Shown here piece by piece: positions 1 through 5,644 of a stretch of DNA of 5,726 nt. This stretch comes from an uncultured Erysipelotrichaceae bacterium. Lineage in GTDB: Bacteria > Bacillota_I > Bacilli_A > Erysipelotrichales > Erysipelotrichaceae. Each line of letters starts with the position of its first letter. The stretch's first letter is position 1. The notes below the pieces were generated by a model that worked only from the letters and a program-made list of their open reading frames with translations, was not told the origin of the DNA and ran no database searches. The stretch spans positions 1 through 5,726 of the forward strand of contig CAYWGS010000097.1 in NCBI GenBank assembly GCA_964457525.1, in the 5' to 3' direction. A program made the translations under genes and the position numbers.

Positions 1-41
1 GTATGATTGTGATGGCTGTTAGTTTATTACTATTCTTATAA
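1..41 (+). CDS. Possible 3' end of an upstream gene, open to the window edge. Frame 3 reads ..MIVMAVSLLLFL then TAA at 39..41, a hydrophobic tail.
   Basis: Frame 3 is open from the window edge to TAA at 39..41. The peptide is hydrophobic and TM-like. A bidirectional terminator follows immediately. It is too short to identify. Confidence 0.25.
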   Translation, partial: MIVMAVSLLLFL

Positions 42-42
42 C

Positions 43-64
43 AAAAAAGGTCCGAGGACCTTTT
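43..64. terminator. Bidirectional intrinsic terminator downstream of darA, and of the possible + strand gene end.
   Basis: aaaaaaGGTCcgagGACCtttt forms a GC stem GGTC/GACC with a 4-nt loop. It is flanked by an A-run on the left and a T-run on the right, so a stem followed by a U-tract forms on either strand. It lies 4 nt beyond the darA stop at 68..70. Confidence 0.7.
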
Positions 65-67
65 GTT

Positions 68-391
68 TTAGAATTTAATGAATTTTTCGACATCTACCAC
101 AAAGATTGTGGCCCCACCGACTTGAACTTCAACTGGGAACGTCGCAAATCGACCGATATCATAGGATGCGGTTGAAGGAACGAGTTCAGTTCTTTGTTTA
201 CTTTCTTCTTTAATGATTTCGATACATTTTTCAACGCGATCTTCTTCAGTTCCAATTAACATAGTAGTATTTCCTATTTTAAGAAATCCACCGGTTGTTG
301 CGAGTTTAGTAACTGCGAAGTTCTCTTTGGTTAATGCGTTTGATAAGCTGTGACTATCATCGTTAGACACAACTGCGATGATTAATTTCAT
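68..391 (-). CDS. darA: PII-like cyclic-di-AMP receptor protein (DarA/PstA, YaaQ family, DUF970).
   Basis: The 107-aa product aligns from memory end to end with B. subtilis DarA(YaaQ) and S. aureus PstA: MKLIIAVV.., KLATTGGFLK.GNTT, PVEV.VGGAT.FV. RBS GGAGGTG lies 5 nt upstream of the ATG (revcomp of 397..403). Confidence 0.9.
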   Translation of the reverse strand: MKLIIAVVSNDDSHSLSNALTKENFAVTKLATTGGFLKIGNTTMLIGTEEDRVEKCIEIIKEESKQRTELVPSTASYDIGRFATFPVEVQVGGATIFVVDVEKFIKF

Positions 392-422
392 AAAGCCACC
401 TCCTGTTTAACTTATTATACCA

Positions 423-1523
423 TTAAACATTAAATCTGAAGTGTAGGATATCTCCATCTTTCACCAAATATTCTTTTCCTTCAATTCTAAACTTACCAGC
501 ATCTTTAACTGCTTGTTCAGAACCATACTGAATCAAATCATCATAATGATAACATTCAGCCTTGATGAACCCTTTTTGGAAATCCGTATGAATAACCCCA
601 GCACATTCTGGTGCTTTCATACCTTTGTGGAATGTCCAAGCTCTTACTTCTTGTACTCCTGCAGTGAAGAATGACCATAAACCTAGTAGATTATAGCTAT
701 GATGAATAATCTTATCTAAACCACTTTCTTCATAACCTAGATCGGCTAAGAACATTTCACGTTCTTCATCATCCAACATCGACAATTCTTCTTCAATTTT
801 TGCGCTAATCGCAATGACGTCACTCTTCTCAGTTTCCGCAAATTCTTTTACTTTTTGATAGAATGGATTGTCTTCCGCATGGTGAACTTCAGATTCACTC
901 ATATTCGCAACATAAATAACAGGTTTTGCGGTTAATAAATGGAATCCATTGAGAATCATTGTTTCTTCTTTATCCAACTCTAAAGTTCTAACGCTTTTAC
1001 CATTAAGAAGTGCATCATTTACTTTGGTTAATACGGATAATTCAAAAATAGCATCCTTATCTTTTGCCTTTGCTTTACGTTCTACTTTAGATATTCTATT
1101 TTCGATCGATTGTTGGTCGGCTAAAATTAACTCTAAGTTAATTATTTCAATATCACGAATTGGATCGACACTTCCTTCAACATGCGTAATACTATTGTCT
1201 TCAAAACAACGTACAACATGAACAATCGCATCCACTTCACGAATATGGGATAAGAATTGGTTGCCTAATCCTTCTCCTTGACTTGCGCCTTTAACAAGTC
1301 CTGCGATATCCGTAAATTCAAAACTGGTATAGATGGTCTTCTTCGGTGTGATAAGTTCTGTAATCTTATCAATACGTTTATCTCTAACTTCCACAACACC
1401 AACATTGGGTTGAATGGTTGCGAATGGATAGTTCGCTGCTTCAACTTGTGAATGGGTTATTGCGTTAAATAACGTGGATTTACCAACATTCGGTAATCCA
1501 ACAATGCCTGCTGTTAATGCCAT
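423..1523 (-). CDS. ychF: Ribosome-binding ATPase YchF (Obg-like ATPase, YyaF/EngD).
   Basis: 366 aa with the canonical N-terminus MALTAGIVGLPNVGKSTLFNAIT (G1/P-loop). DIAGLVKGAS (G3) is present, and the C-terminal TGS-like/YchF domain reads RAWT..G..AP.AAG.IH.DF..GFI.AE. Length is typical for YchF. Confidence 0.95.
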   Translation of the reverse strand: MALTAGIVGLPNVGKSTLFNAITHSQVEAANYPFATIQPNVGVVEVRDKRIDKITELITPKKTIYTSFEFTDIAGLVKGASQGEGLGNQFLSHIREVDAIVHVVRCFEDNSITHVEGSVDPIRDIEIINLELILADQQSIENRISKVERKAKAKDKDAIFELSVLTKVNDALLNGKSVRTLELDKEETMILNGFHLLTAKPVIYVANMSESEVHHAEDNPFYQKVKEFAETEKSDVIAISAKIEEELSMLDDEEREMFLADLGYEESGLDKIIHHSYNLLGLWSFFTAGVQEVRAWTFHKGMKAPECAGVIHTDFQKGFIKAECYHYDDLIQYGSEQAVKDAGKFRIEGKEYLVKDGDILHFRFNV

Positions 1524-1529
1524 AATGGG

Positions 1530-1730
1530 TTACTCTGTTCCTTCTGCTTTTTCTACAATGCGTTTAAGTTTCTTTTCGAAATCACTACGATCTAACATGA
1601 CCGCAGCACCACACCCTAAACATTTTATCTTAATATCGGCTCCCATGCGAATAATTTTCCATTGTTTGGATTTATGACATGGGTGTTCTTTTTTCATTTC
1701 AACGATATCATTTAAATCATATCCTGTCAT
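1530..1730 (-). CDS. Small DUF951-family protein (YyzM-like), a putative zinc-ribbon-like protein.
   Basis: 66 aa with the pattern V.MKK.HPC....W.I.R.GADI.IKC..CG..VM..R..FEK, which I recall as DUF951. Candidate metal ligands are H16/C18/H19 and C37-x2-C40. A GGAG RBS sits inside the folD 3' end. Its position directly upstream of ychF matches the Bacillus yyzM-yyaF arrangement as I remember it. Confidence 0.8.
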   Translation of the reverse strand: MTGYDLNDIVEMKKEHPCHKSKQWKIIRMGADIKIKCLGCGAAVMLDRSDFEKKLKRIVEKAEGTE

Positions 1731-1731
1731 A

Positions 1732-2583
1732 TTACAACTCCTTTAATTTTAATTCATACGCATTTAAGGTATTTTCAAGTAAAGATACAATGGTCATTGG
1801 TCCTACTCCACCTGGTACAGGTGTCATATAGTCAACCTTATCTATGAGTGATTCATAGTCCACGTCCCCTACAAGTTTATCATTTATTCGGTTAATCCCT
1901 ACATCAATAATTGCGTCCGCATGGGTAATAAAGTTGGATTTAAGAAAGCGTTCTTGACCAATCGCAACCACAACAATATCTGCCATTTGTGTAATCTTTT
2001 CTAAGTTTCTTGTTTTACTGTGACAAACCGTTACTGTCGCATTCTCGTTTAATAGAAGTTGGGCAACCGGTCTACCAACAAGTGCACTACGTCCAATCAC
2101 AACGGCATGTTTACCACTGATTTCGATTTTATAGTGTTTCAAGAGTGTCATTATACCACGAGGTGTACAAGGAACAAAGCCTTCTTGATTCGCATAGAGT
2201 TTTGCGATATTGATTGAGTGTAAACCATCTACGTCTTTCTTTGGATCGAGTGATTCAATGATACGATTAACATCTAAGTGTTTTGGAATGGGAAGTTGTA
2301 CCAAAATACCATCCACTGTTATGTCTTGGTTCAATTGGTTTATGACTTTTAAAACATCCTCTGTTTGTGCATCCGCACTCATACGTATGACTTCAGATCC
2401 AAAGCCTACACGTAAACATGCTTTTTCTTTATTTCTAACATACGTTACTGAAGCTGGATTATCCCCAACAAGTAGTACGACTAGTTTTGGAGCACGTAAT
2501 CCCTTAAGTGTAAACTGACTAACTTTTGATTGTATTTCTGATTCAATATGTAAACTTAATGCTTTACCATCCATTTTTTCCAT
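1732..2583 (-). CDS. folD: Bifunctional 5,10-methylene-tetrahydrofolate dehydrogenase/cyclohydrolase FolD. The start is trimmed relative to the ORF track.
   Basis: Motifs present: VGDNPAS..YVRNK, GILVQLPIP, DVDG, PCTP.G, GRS..VG.P.A.LL...ATVT.CHS.T, IDVGIN, TPVPGGVGPMT. The ORF-track start at 2625 adds 14 aa that overlap dtd by 35 nt. The ATG at 2583 (MEKMDGKAL..) is preceded by GAGGGA (2592..2587), which overlaps the dtd TGA, and gives a typical ~283 aa. The ATG at 2574 (MDGKAL) is an alternative. Confidence 0.9.
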   Translation of the reverse strand: MEKMDGKALSLHIESEIQSKVSQFTLKGLRAPKLVVLLVGDNPASVTYVRNKEKACLRVGFGSEVIRMSADAQTEDVLKVINQLNQDITVDGILVQLPIPKHLDVNRIIESLDPKKDVDGLHSINIAKLYANQEGFVPCTPRGIMTLLKHYKIEISGKHAVVIGRSALVGRPVAQLLLNENATVTVCHSKTRNLEKITQMADIVVVAIGQERFLKSNFITHADAIIDVGINRINDKLVGDVDYESLIDKVDYMTPVPGGVGPMTIVSLLENTLNAYELKLKEL

Positions 2584-2590
2584 AGTTCCC

Positions 2591-3025
2591 TCAGTTCTCA
2601 TACCAGATTGTGACTGGTCCATCATTATGTGCTTCTATTTTCATTTCTGATTGGAATATTCCTGTTTCAACGTGAATCCATTCTCTTAAGTATTCGTTGA
2701 ATCGTTGATAATAAAGAGCCGCAATATCTGCCTTAGCTGCTTTATCATAGGAAGGTCTGTGTCCTTTGGTAGTATCTGCGTATAATGTGAATTGTGAAAT
2801 GGACAGGATACTTCCTTTAATATCCATTACACTGAGATTCATCTTTCCGTCTGGATCATCAAACAATCGAGCATGTGCAATTTTCTTTGCCATGTTTTTT
2901 AGATTATCTTCTGTCTCATCTTGTTTGAATCCAACAAAGATTAAAAGACCATGTTTTATCTCTCCTGTAACTTCATTATTTACAACACATTTCGCTTTTT
3001 CGACTCTTTGACACGTAACTCTCAT
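2591..3025 (-). CDS. dtd: D-aminoacyl-tRNA deacylase (Dtd).
   Basis: 144 aa of typical length. Motifs: MR...QRV, GLL.F.G, SQFTLYADT.KG.RPS, NDGPVTI. RBS GAGGA lies 7 nt upstream of the ATG. Confidence 0.92.
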   Translation of the reverse strand: MRVTCQRVEKAKCVVNNEVTGEIKHGLLIFVGFKQDETEDNLKNMAKKIAHARLFDDPDGKMNLSVMDIKGSILSISQFTLYADTTKGHRPSYDKAAKADIAALYYQRFNEYLREWIHVETGIFQSEMKIEAHNDGPVTIWYEN

Positions 3026-3042
3026 ATTTTATCCTCTTTTTT

Positions 3043-3051
3043 ATTCTAACA
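3043..3051 (-). promoter_or_regulatory. Candidate extended -10 element (TGtTAGAAT) for the dtd-folD-DUF951-ychF-darA operon.
   Basis: The minus strand reads gggTGtTAGAATaaaaaagaGGAtaaaatATG. The TGn+TAGAAT sits ~17 nt upstream of the dtd ATG, which leaves room for the RBS. The best -35 at 17-nt spacing is poor (TTTTAC). This is a prediction from sequence only. Confidence 0.3.
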
Positions 3052-3082
3052 CCCTTATTTTAATAGTAAAATAGGAGATAAG

Positions 3083-4339
3083 ATGATGAACAATAAACCT
3101 TTAGCCGTAAGAATACGTCCTAAACATTTATCCGATGTGGTAGGACAAGAACATTTAACCCAAAAGACAGGTATTTTAAATCGTTTCTTAGAAGAGAATC
3201 GTTTAATGTCTATGATCTTTTTTGGTCCACCAGGAAGTGGTAAAACAACAGTTGCTTCAATACTAGCGAATGAATTAAATATCCCATTAGAATTGTTTAA
3301 TGCGGTCACAGGTAATAAGAAGGATCTAGAATCGATCTTTGCGACTGCACGATTAAGTGGGCAACTCGTACTGATTGTTGATGAAGTACACCGATTAAAC
3401 AAGGATAAACAAGATCTATTACTCCCTTATGTAGAAGATGGAAGTATCTTGATGATTGGTCTAACCACATCCAATCCTTATTTTGCGATTAACCCAGCCA
3501 TCCGTTCTCGTTGTATCTTATGTGAATTTAAAGCGGTTAATCCTAGTTCAATGAAGATCGCGATTGAAAAAGCTTTAGCACATACAGAGAGCCAATTAAG
3601 TATTACACTAGAAGAATCTTCTTTAAACTCCATTATTGATACTTGTAATGGTGATGTAAGAATGGCATATAATATCTTAGATGCATTGAATATTGCTTAT
3701 CCGAATCAAACGATTAACTTAGATCATTTATCTAACTTACATCTACATAGTAATCTTGGATTTGATCATAGTGATGATGGTTATTATGATGCATTAAGTG
3801 GATTACAGAAGTCGATTCGAGGTTCTGAAGTTGATGCGGCTCTATATTACTTAGCACGATTGATTGTGGCAGAAGATTTGGATTCGATTGAAAGACGACT
3901 CATTGTAATTGCATATGAAGATATTGGATTAGCAAATCCACCATTGGTTGCGCGCACATTACAAGCAATGGACGCAGCTAAACGTGTAGGATTCCCAGAA
4001 GCAATTTATCCTTTATCTGTAATGGTTATTGATTTAGCTTTATCCCCTAAATCAAGAAACGCAATCAATGCGCTAGGTAAAGCAGTTAATGAAGTAAAGA
4101 ACCATCCTCTTCCTGTTCCTGAGTACTTAAGACTCACTCCTGTTGGGTTAAAAGAAGAAGATAAATATGATTATGATCGTCCAGATATTTGGAATCGCAT
4201 TGAGTATCTTCCTAAAGGAGTACAAAATACACCATTTTATACACCAAGTAATACAAGTCCATACGAGAATACACTTGAGAATAACTTAAAGGTTTTAAAT
4301 CAGATTAAGCGAACCCATAATATAAGAAGTCTAAAATAG
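3083..4339 (+). CDS. rarA: Replication-associated recombination protein A (RarA/MgsA, AAA+ ATPase; YrvN-like).
   Basis: 418 aa. N-terminus reads LA.R.RP..L.DVVGQEHL. Walker A is GPPGSGKTT and Walker B is LIVDEVHRLNK. The C-terminal MgsA_C-type region contains YD..S...KS.RGS..DAALYYLAR. RBS AGGAGA (3073..3078) lies 4 nt before the ATGATG. Confidence 0.92.
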   Translation: MMNNKPLAVRIRPKHLSDVVGQEHLTQKTGILNRFLEENRLMSMIFFGPPGSGKTTVASILANELNIPLELFNAVTGNKKDLESIFATARLSGQLVLIVDEVHRLNKDKQDLLLPYVEDGSILMIGLTTSNPYFAINPAIRSRCILCEFKAVNPSSMKIAIEKALAHTESQLSITLEESSLNSIIDTCNGDVRMAYNILDALNIAYPNQTINLDHLSNLHLHSNLGFDHSDDGYYDALSGLQKSIRGSEVDAALYYLARLIVAEDLDSIERRLIVIAYEDIGLANPPLVARTLQAMDAAKRVGFPEAIYPLSVMVIDLALSPKSRNAINALGKAVNEVKNHPLPVPEYLRLTPVGLKEEDKYDYDRPDIWNRIEYLPKGVQNTPFYTPSNTSPYENTLENNLKVLNQIKRTHNIRSLK

Positions 4340-4348
4340 ATCTAAATG

Positions 4349-4394
4349 AAATGCACCCCAAAAGTTAAACAACTAACGTAACTGGGTGCATTTT
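4349..4394 (+). terminator. Probable intrinsic terminator of rarA.
   Basis: AAATGCACCC (4349..4358) pairs with GGGTGCATTT (4384..4393). An inner helix extends this, AGTTA (4363..4367) with TAACT (4379..4383), across a 4-nt bulge. A T-run follows. It starts 10 nt after the rarA TAG. The loop and bulge are larger than in a textbook terminator. Confidence 0.5.
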
Positions 4395-4408
4395 ATATAT
4401 ATAAAGAA

Positions 4409-4432
4409 AAAGAATCTCTTTCGAGATTCTTT
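4409..4432 (-). terminator. Intrinsic terminator of the lipoprotein gene; the hairpin is capable of acting bidirectionally.
   Basis: This is a perfect inverted repeat, AAAGAATCTC tttc GAGATTCTTT. On the minus strand the stem is followed by TTTTTCTTTAT. It lies 23 nt downstream of the lipoprotein stop at 4455..4457. Confidence 0.75.
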
Positions 4433-4454
4433 AGTTTGTTAATTGTTCTTAGAA

Positions 4455-5492
4455 CTATTTAACTTCAACAGCGTTAGCAACAGCTTTTGCGAATGAAGCT
4501 AAGTATTCGTCGATACCAACGGATACGGAAGTCTTAAGATCTTCTACAGTGACAACGCCTTCAGCATCGACAGCGATAGCAGCAACTTCATCAGCAGTCT
4601 TACCAACAAAGTAAGCTGTTAATGCGTTAGCTTGTTCATTCCATTCTTTACCAATAGCAGAAGCACCCTTCATACCGTAGTCAGCGCCTTTTTCTTGTTT
4701 TGTAGGAGCAGCTTCAGCTTTAACGATTGCGCCAGTAGCATCAAATGTACCTTTGTTTTGTGCAACGTCTAATAAAGCAACTAATACTTTACCATCTTTG
4801 TCAAATGCAACACCAGTGAATGTTACGTTTGTTTGGATTTGACCAGCAGCAGCATCAACACCTTCAGCCGCAGCAACAGCCGCTTTTCCAGAAACAGAAG
4901 CAACTGAACCAACACCTACTTTAGCAACACCTTTAACTTCAACAGCATTAGCAACAGCTTTTTCAACTGCAGCAACATAACCTTCGATTGAGATAGAAAC
5001 AGAAGTCTTTAGATCTTCTCCAGCAGGAACCGCTTTGTGAGAAGCATCTTTTTCATAAACTTCGATAGCTTTGATTTCTTCAATTGTTTTTCCAACAAAG
5101 TAAGCTTTTAAAGCTTCAATTTGTTCGAACCATTCTTTACCGATAGCAGAAGCACCCTTCATACCGTAATCATTGCCTTTTTCTTGTTTTGTAGGAGCTG
5201 CTTCAGCTTTAACTACAGCACCAGTAGCATCAAATGTACCTTTGTTTTGTGCAGCATCGATGTCAACATAAACAATCTTACCAGCATCATCTAATAATAC
5301 AGCAGCATAAACAGTTGTAACTTGTACTTGTCCATCAGCAGCATCAACACCAGTAGAAGCAGCAACAGCCGCTTTTCCAGATACAGTTGTGTAACTTCCA
5401 GTACCAAACTTGTAAGTTTTTGGAGCAGCACATCCAGTTAAGCTAGTTACAGCTAATAAACCAACAACTAATAAAACTAATAATTTTTTCAT
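4455..5492 (-). CDS. Secreted lipoprotein of unknown function built from two tandem ~160-aa modules. It may be a divergent FMN_bind/COG4939-like extracytoplasmic domain protein.
   Basis: 345-aa ORF with signal peptide MKKLLVLLVVGLLAVTSLTG followed by C21 (lipobox L-T-G-C). RBS GGAGG (5505..5501) lies 8 nt upstream of the ATG. It has its own promoter and terminator. The mature part is Ala/Val/Gly/Lys-rich and contains an internal duplication. The family assignment is tentative and from memory only. Confidence 0.85.
   Translation of the reverse strand: MKKLLVLLVVGLLAVTSLTGCAAPKTYKFGTGSYTTVSGKAAVAASTGVDAADGQVQVTTVYAAVLLDDAGKIVYVDIDAAQNKGTFDATGAVVKAEAAPTKQEKGNDYGMKGASAIGKEWFEQIEALKAYFVGKTIEEIKAIEVYEKDASHKAVPAGEDLKTSVSISIEGYVAAVEKAVANAVEVKGVAKVGVGSVASVSGKAAVAAAEGVDAAAGQIQTNVTFTGVAFDKDGKVLVALLDVAQNKGTFDATGAIVKAEAAPTKQEKGADYGMKGASAIGKEWNEQANALTAYFVGKTADEVAAIAVDAEGVVTVEDLKTSVSVGIDEYLASFAKAVANAVEVK
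4458..4931 (-). repeat. Intragenic repeat module B (aa ~188-345 of the lipoprotein).
   Basis: Same alignment as module A. By hand alignment, DNA core 4641..4769 matches 5130..5258 at 118 of 129 positions, including a perfect 33-nt run (ccagtagcatcaaatgtacctttgttttgtgca). Confidence 0.85.
4932..5417 (-). repeat. Intragenic repeat module A (aa ~26-187 of the lipoprotein).
   Basis: It aligns with module B at an in-frame offset of 489 nt (163 codons) across SGKAAVAA, NKGTFDATGA and DYGMKGASAIGKEW. After a 5-codon indel the offset is 474 nt, across EDLKTSVS and AVANAVEVK. Confidence 0.85.
5430..5492 (-). other. Type II (lipoprotein) signal peptide and lipobox.
   Basis: The sequence has an n-region (KK), a hydrophobic h-region, then L18-T19-G20-C21. 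This matches the lipobox consensus [LVI][ASTVI][GAS]C. The Cys codon TGT is at 5432..5430. Confidence 0.8.
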
Positions 5493-5516
5493 TTCAAAAT
5501 CCTCCTTGCAAGAAAT

Positions 5517-5545
5517 ATTATAGGGTTACAATTTTTGAGTATCAA
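5517..5545 (-). promoter_or_regulatory. Sigma-A-type promoter of the lipoprotein gene.
   Basis: The minus strand has TTGATA (5545..5540), a 17-nt spacer and TATAAT (5522..5517). A T-rich UP-like tract lies upstream (tttttttaaggtttaag). The predicted TSS near 5510 gives a ~18-nt leader that contains the GGAGG RBS. Confidence 0.65.
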
Positions 5546-5644
5546 CTTAAACCTTAAAAAAACGATTTGTTTTGATAATAATTTTCATAATTCTCAAATT
5601 ATCTTTAAAAGTTTGTTACAATAAAATAATAATTTCACAAACGA

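Noticed and set aside
949-1221. 90-aa + strand ORF inside ychF.
   Set aside because: It is fully antisense to a strongly conserved ychF coding region. The product is low-complexity and Ser/Leu-rich, there is no RBS, and it is a typical shadow ORF.
1474-1677. 67-aa + strand ORF spanning the ychF start and the DUF951 gene.
   Set aside because: It is antisense to two well-supported genes, has no RBS or promoter context, and matches no recognisable family.
2210-2518. 102-aa + strand ORF inside folD.
   Set aside because: It is a shadow ORF antisense to conserved FolD motifs, and its composition is typical of antisense translation.
2584-2625. N-terminal 14-aa extension of folD as given in the ORF track.
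   Set aside because: It overlaps dtd by 35 nt and lacks an RBS, and FolD homology begins at about MDGKAL. The internal ATG at 2583 has an SD.
2766-3011. 81-aa + strand ORF inside dtd.
   Set aside because: It is antisense to dtd and has no translation signals.
3055-3402. 115-aa minus-strand ORF overlapping the rarA 5' region.
   Set aside because: It is antisense to the rarA Walker A/B region; LPLPGGPK is simply the reverse reading of GPPGSGK. It would start inside rarA with no RBS. Its only possible relevance is that the dtd-operon promoter or transcript might overlap this area, not that it codes for protein.
5121-5136. GTTCGAAC-containing sequence reminiscent of a tRNA T-arm.
   Set aside because: It lies inside the lipoprotein CDS with no flanking acceptor, D-arm or anticodon-arm structure. 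It is just a palindromic hexamer context.
5550-5588. 13-aa mini-ORF on the minus strand (MKIIIKTNRFFKV) upstream of the lipoprotein promoter.
   Set aside because: It has only a weak GAGA-type SD, lies in AT-rich DNA where such frames arise by chance, and shows no leader-peptide logic because the lipoprotein promoter is downstream of it.
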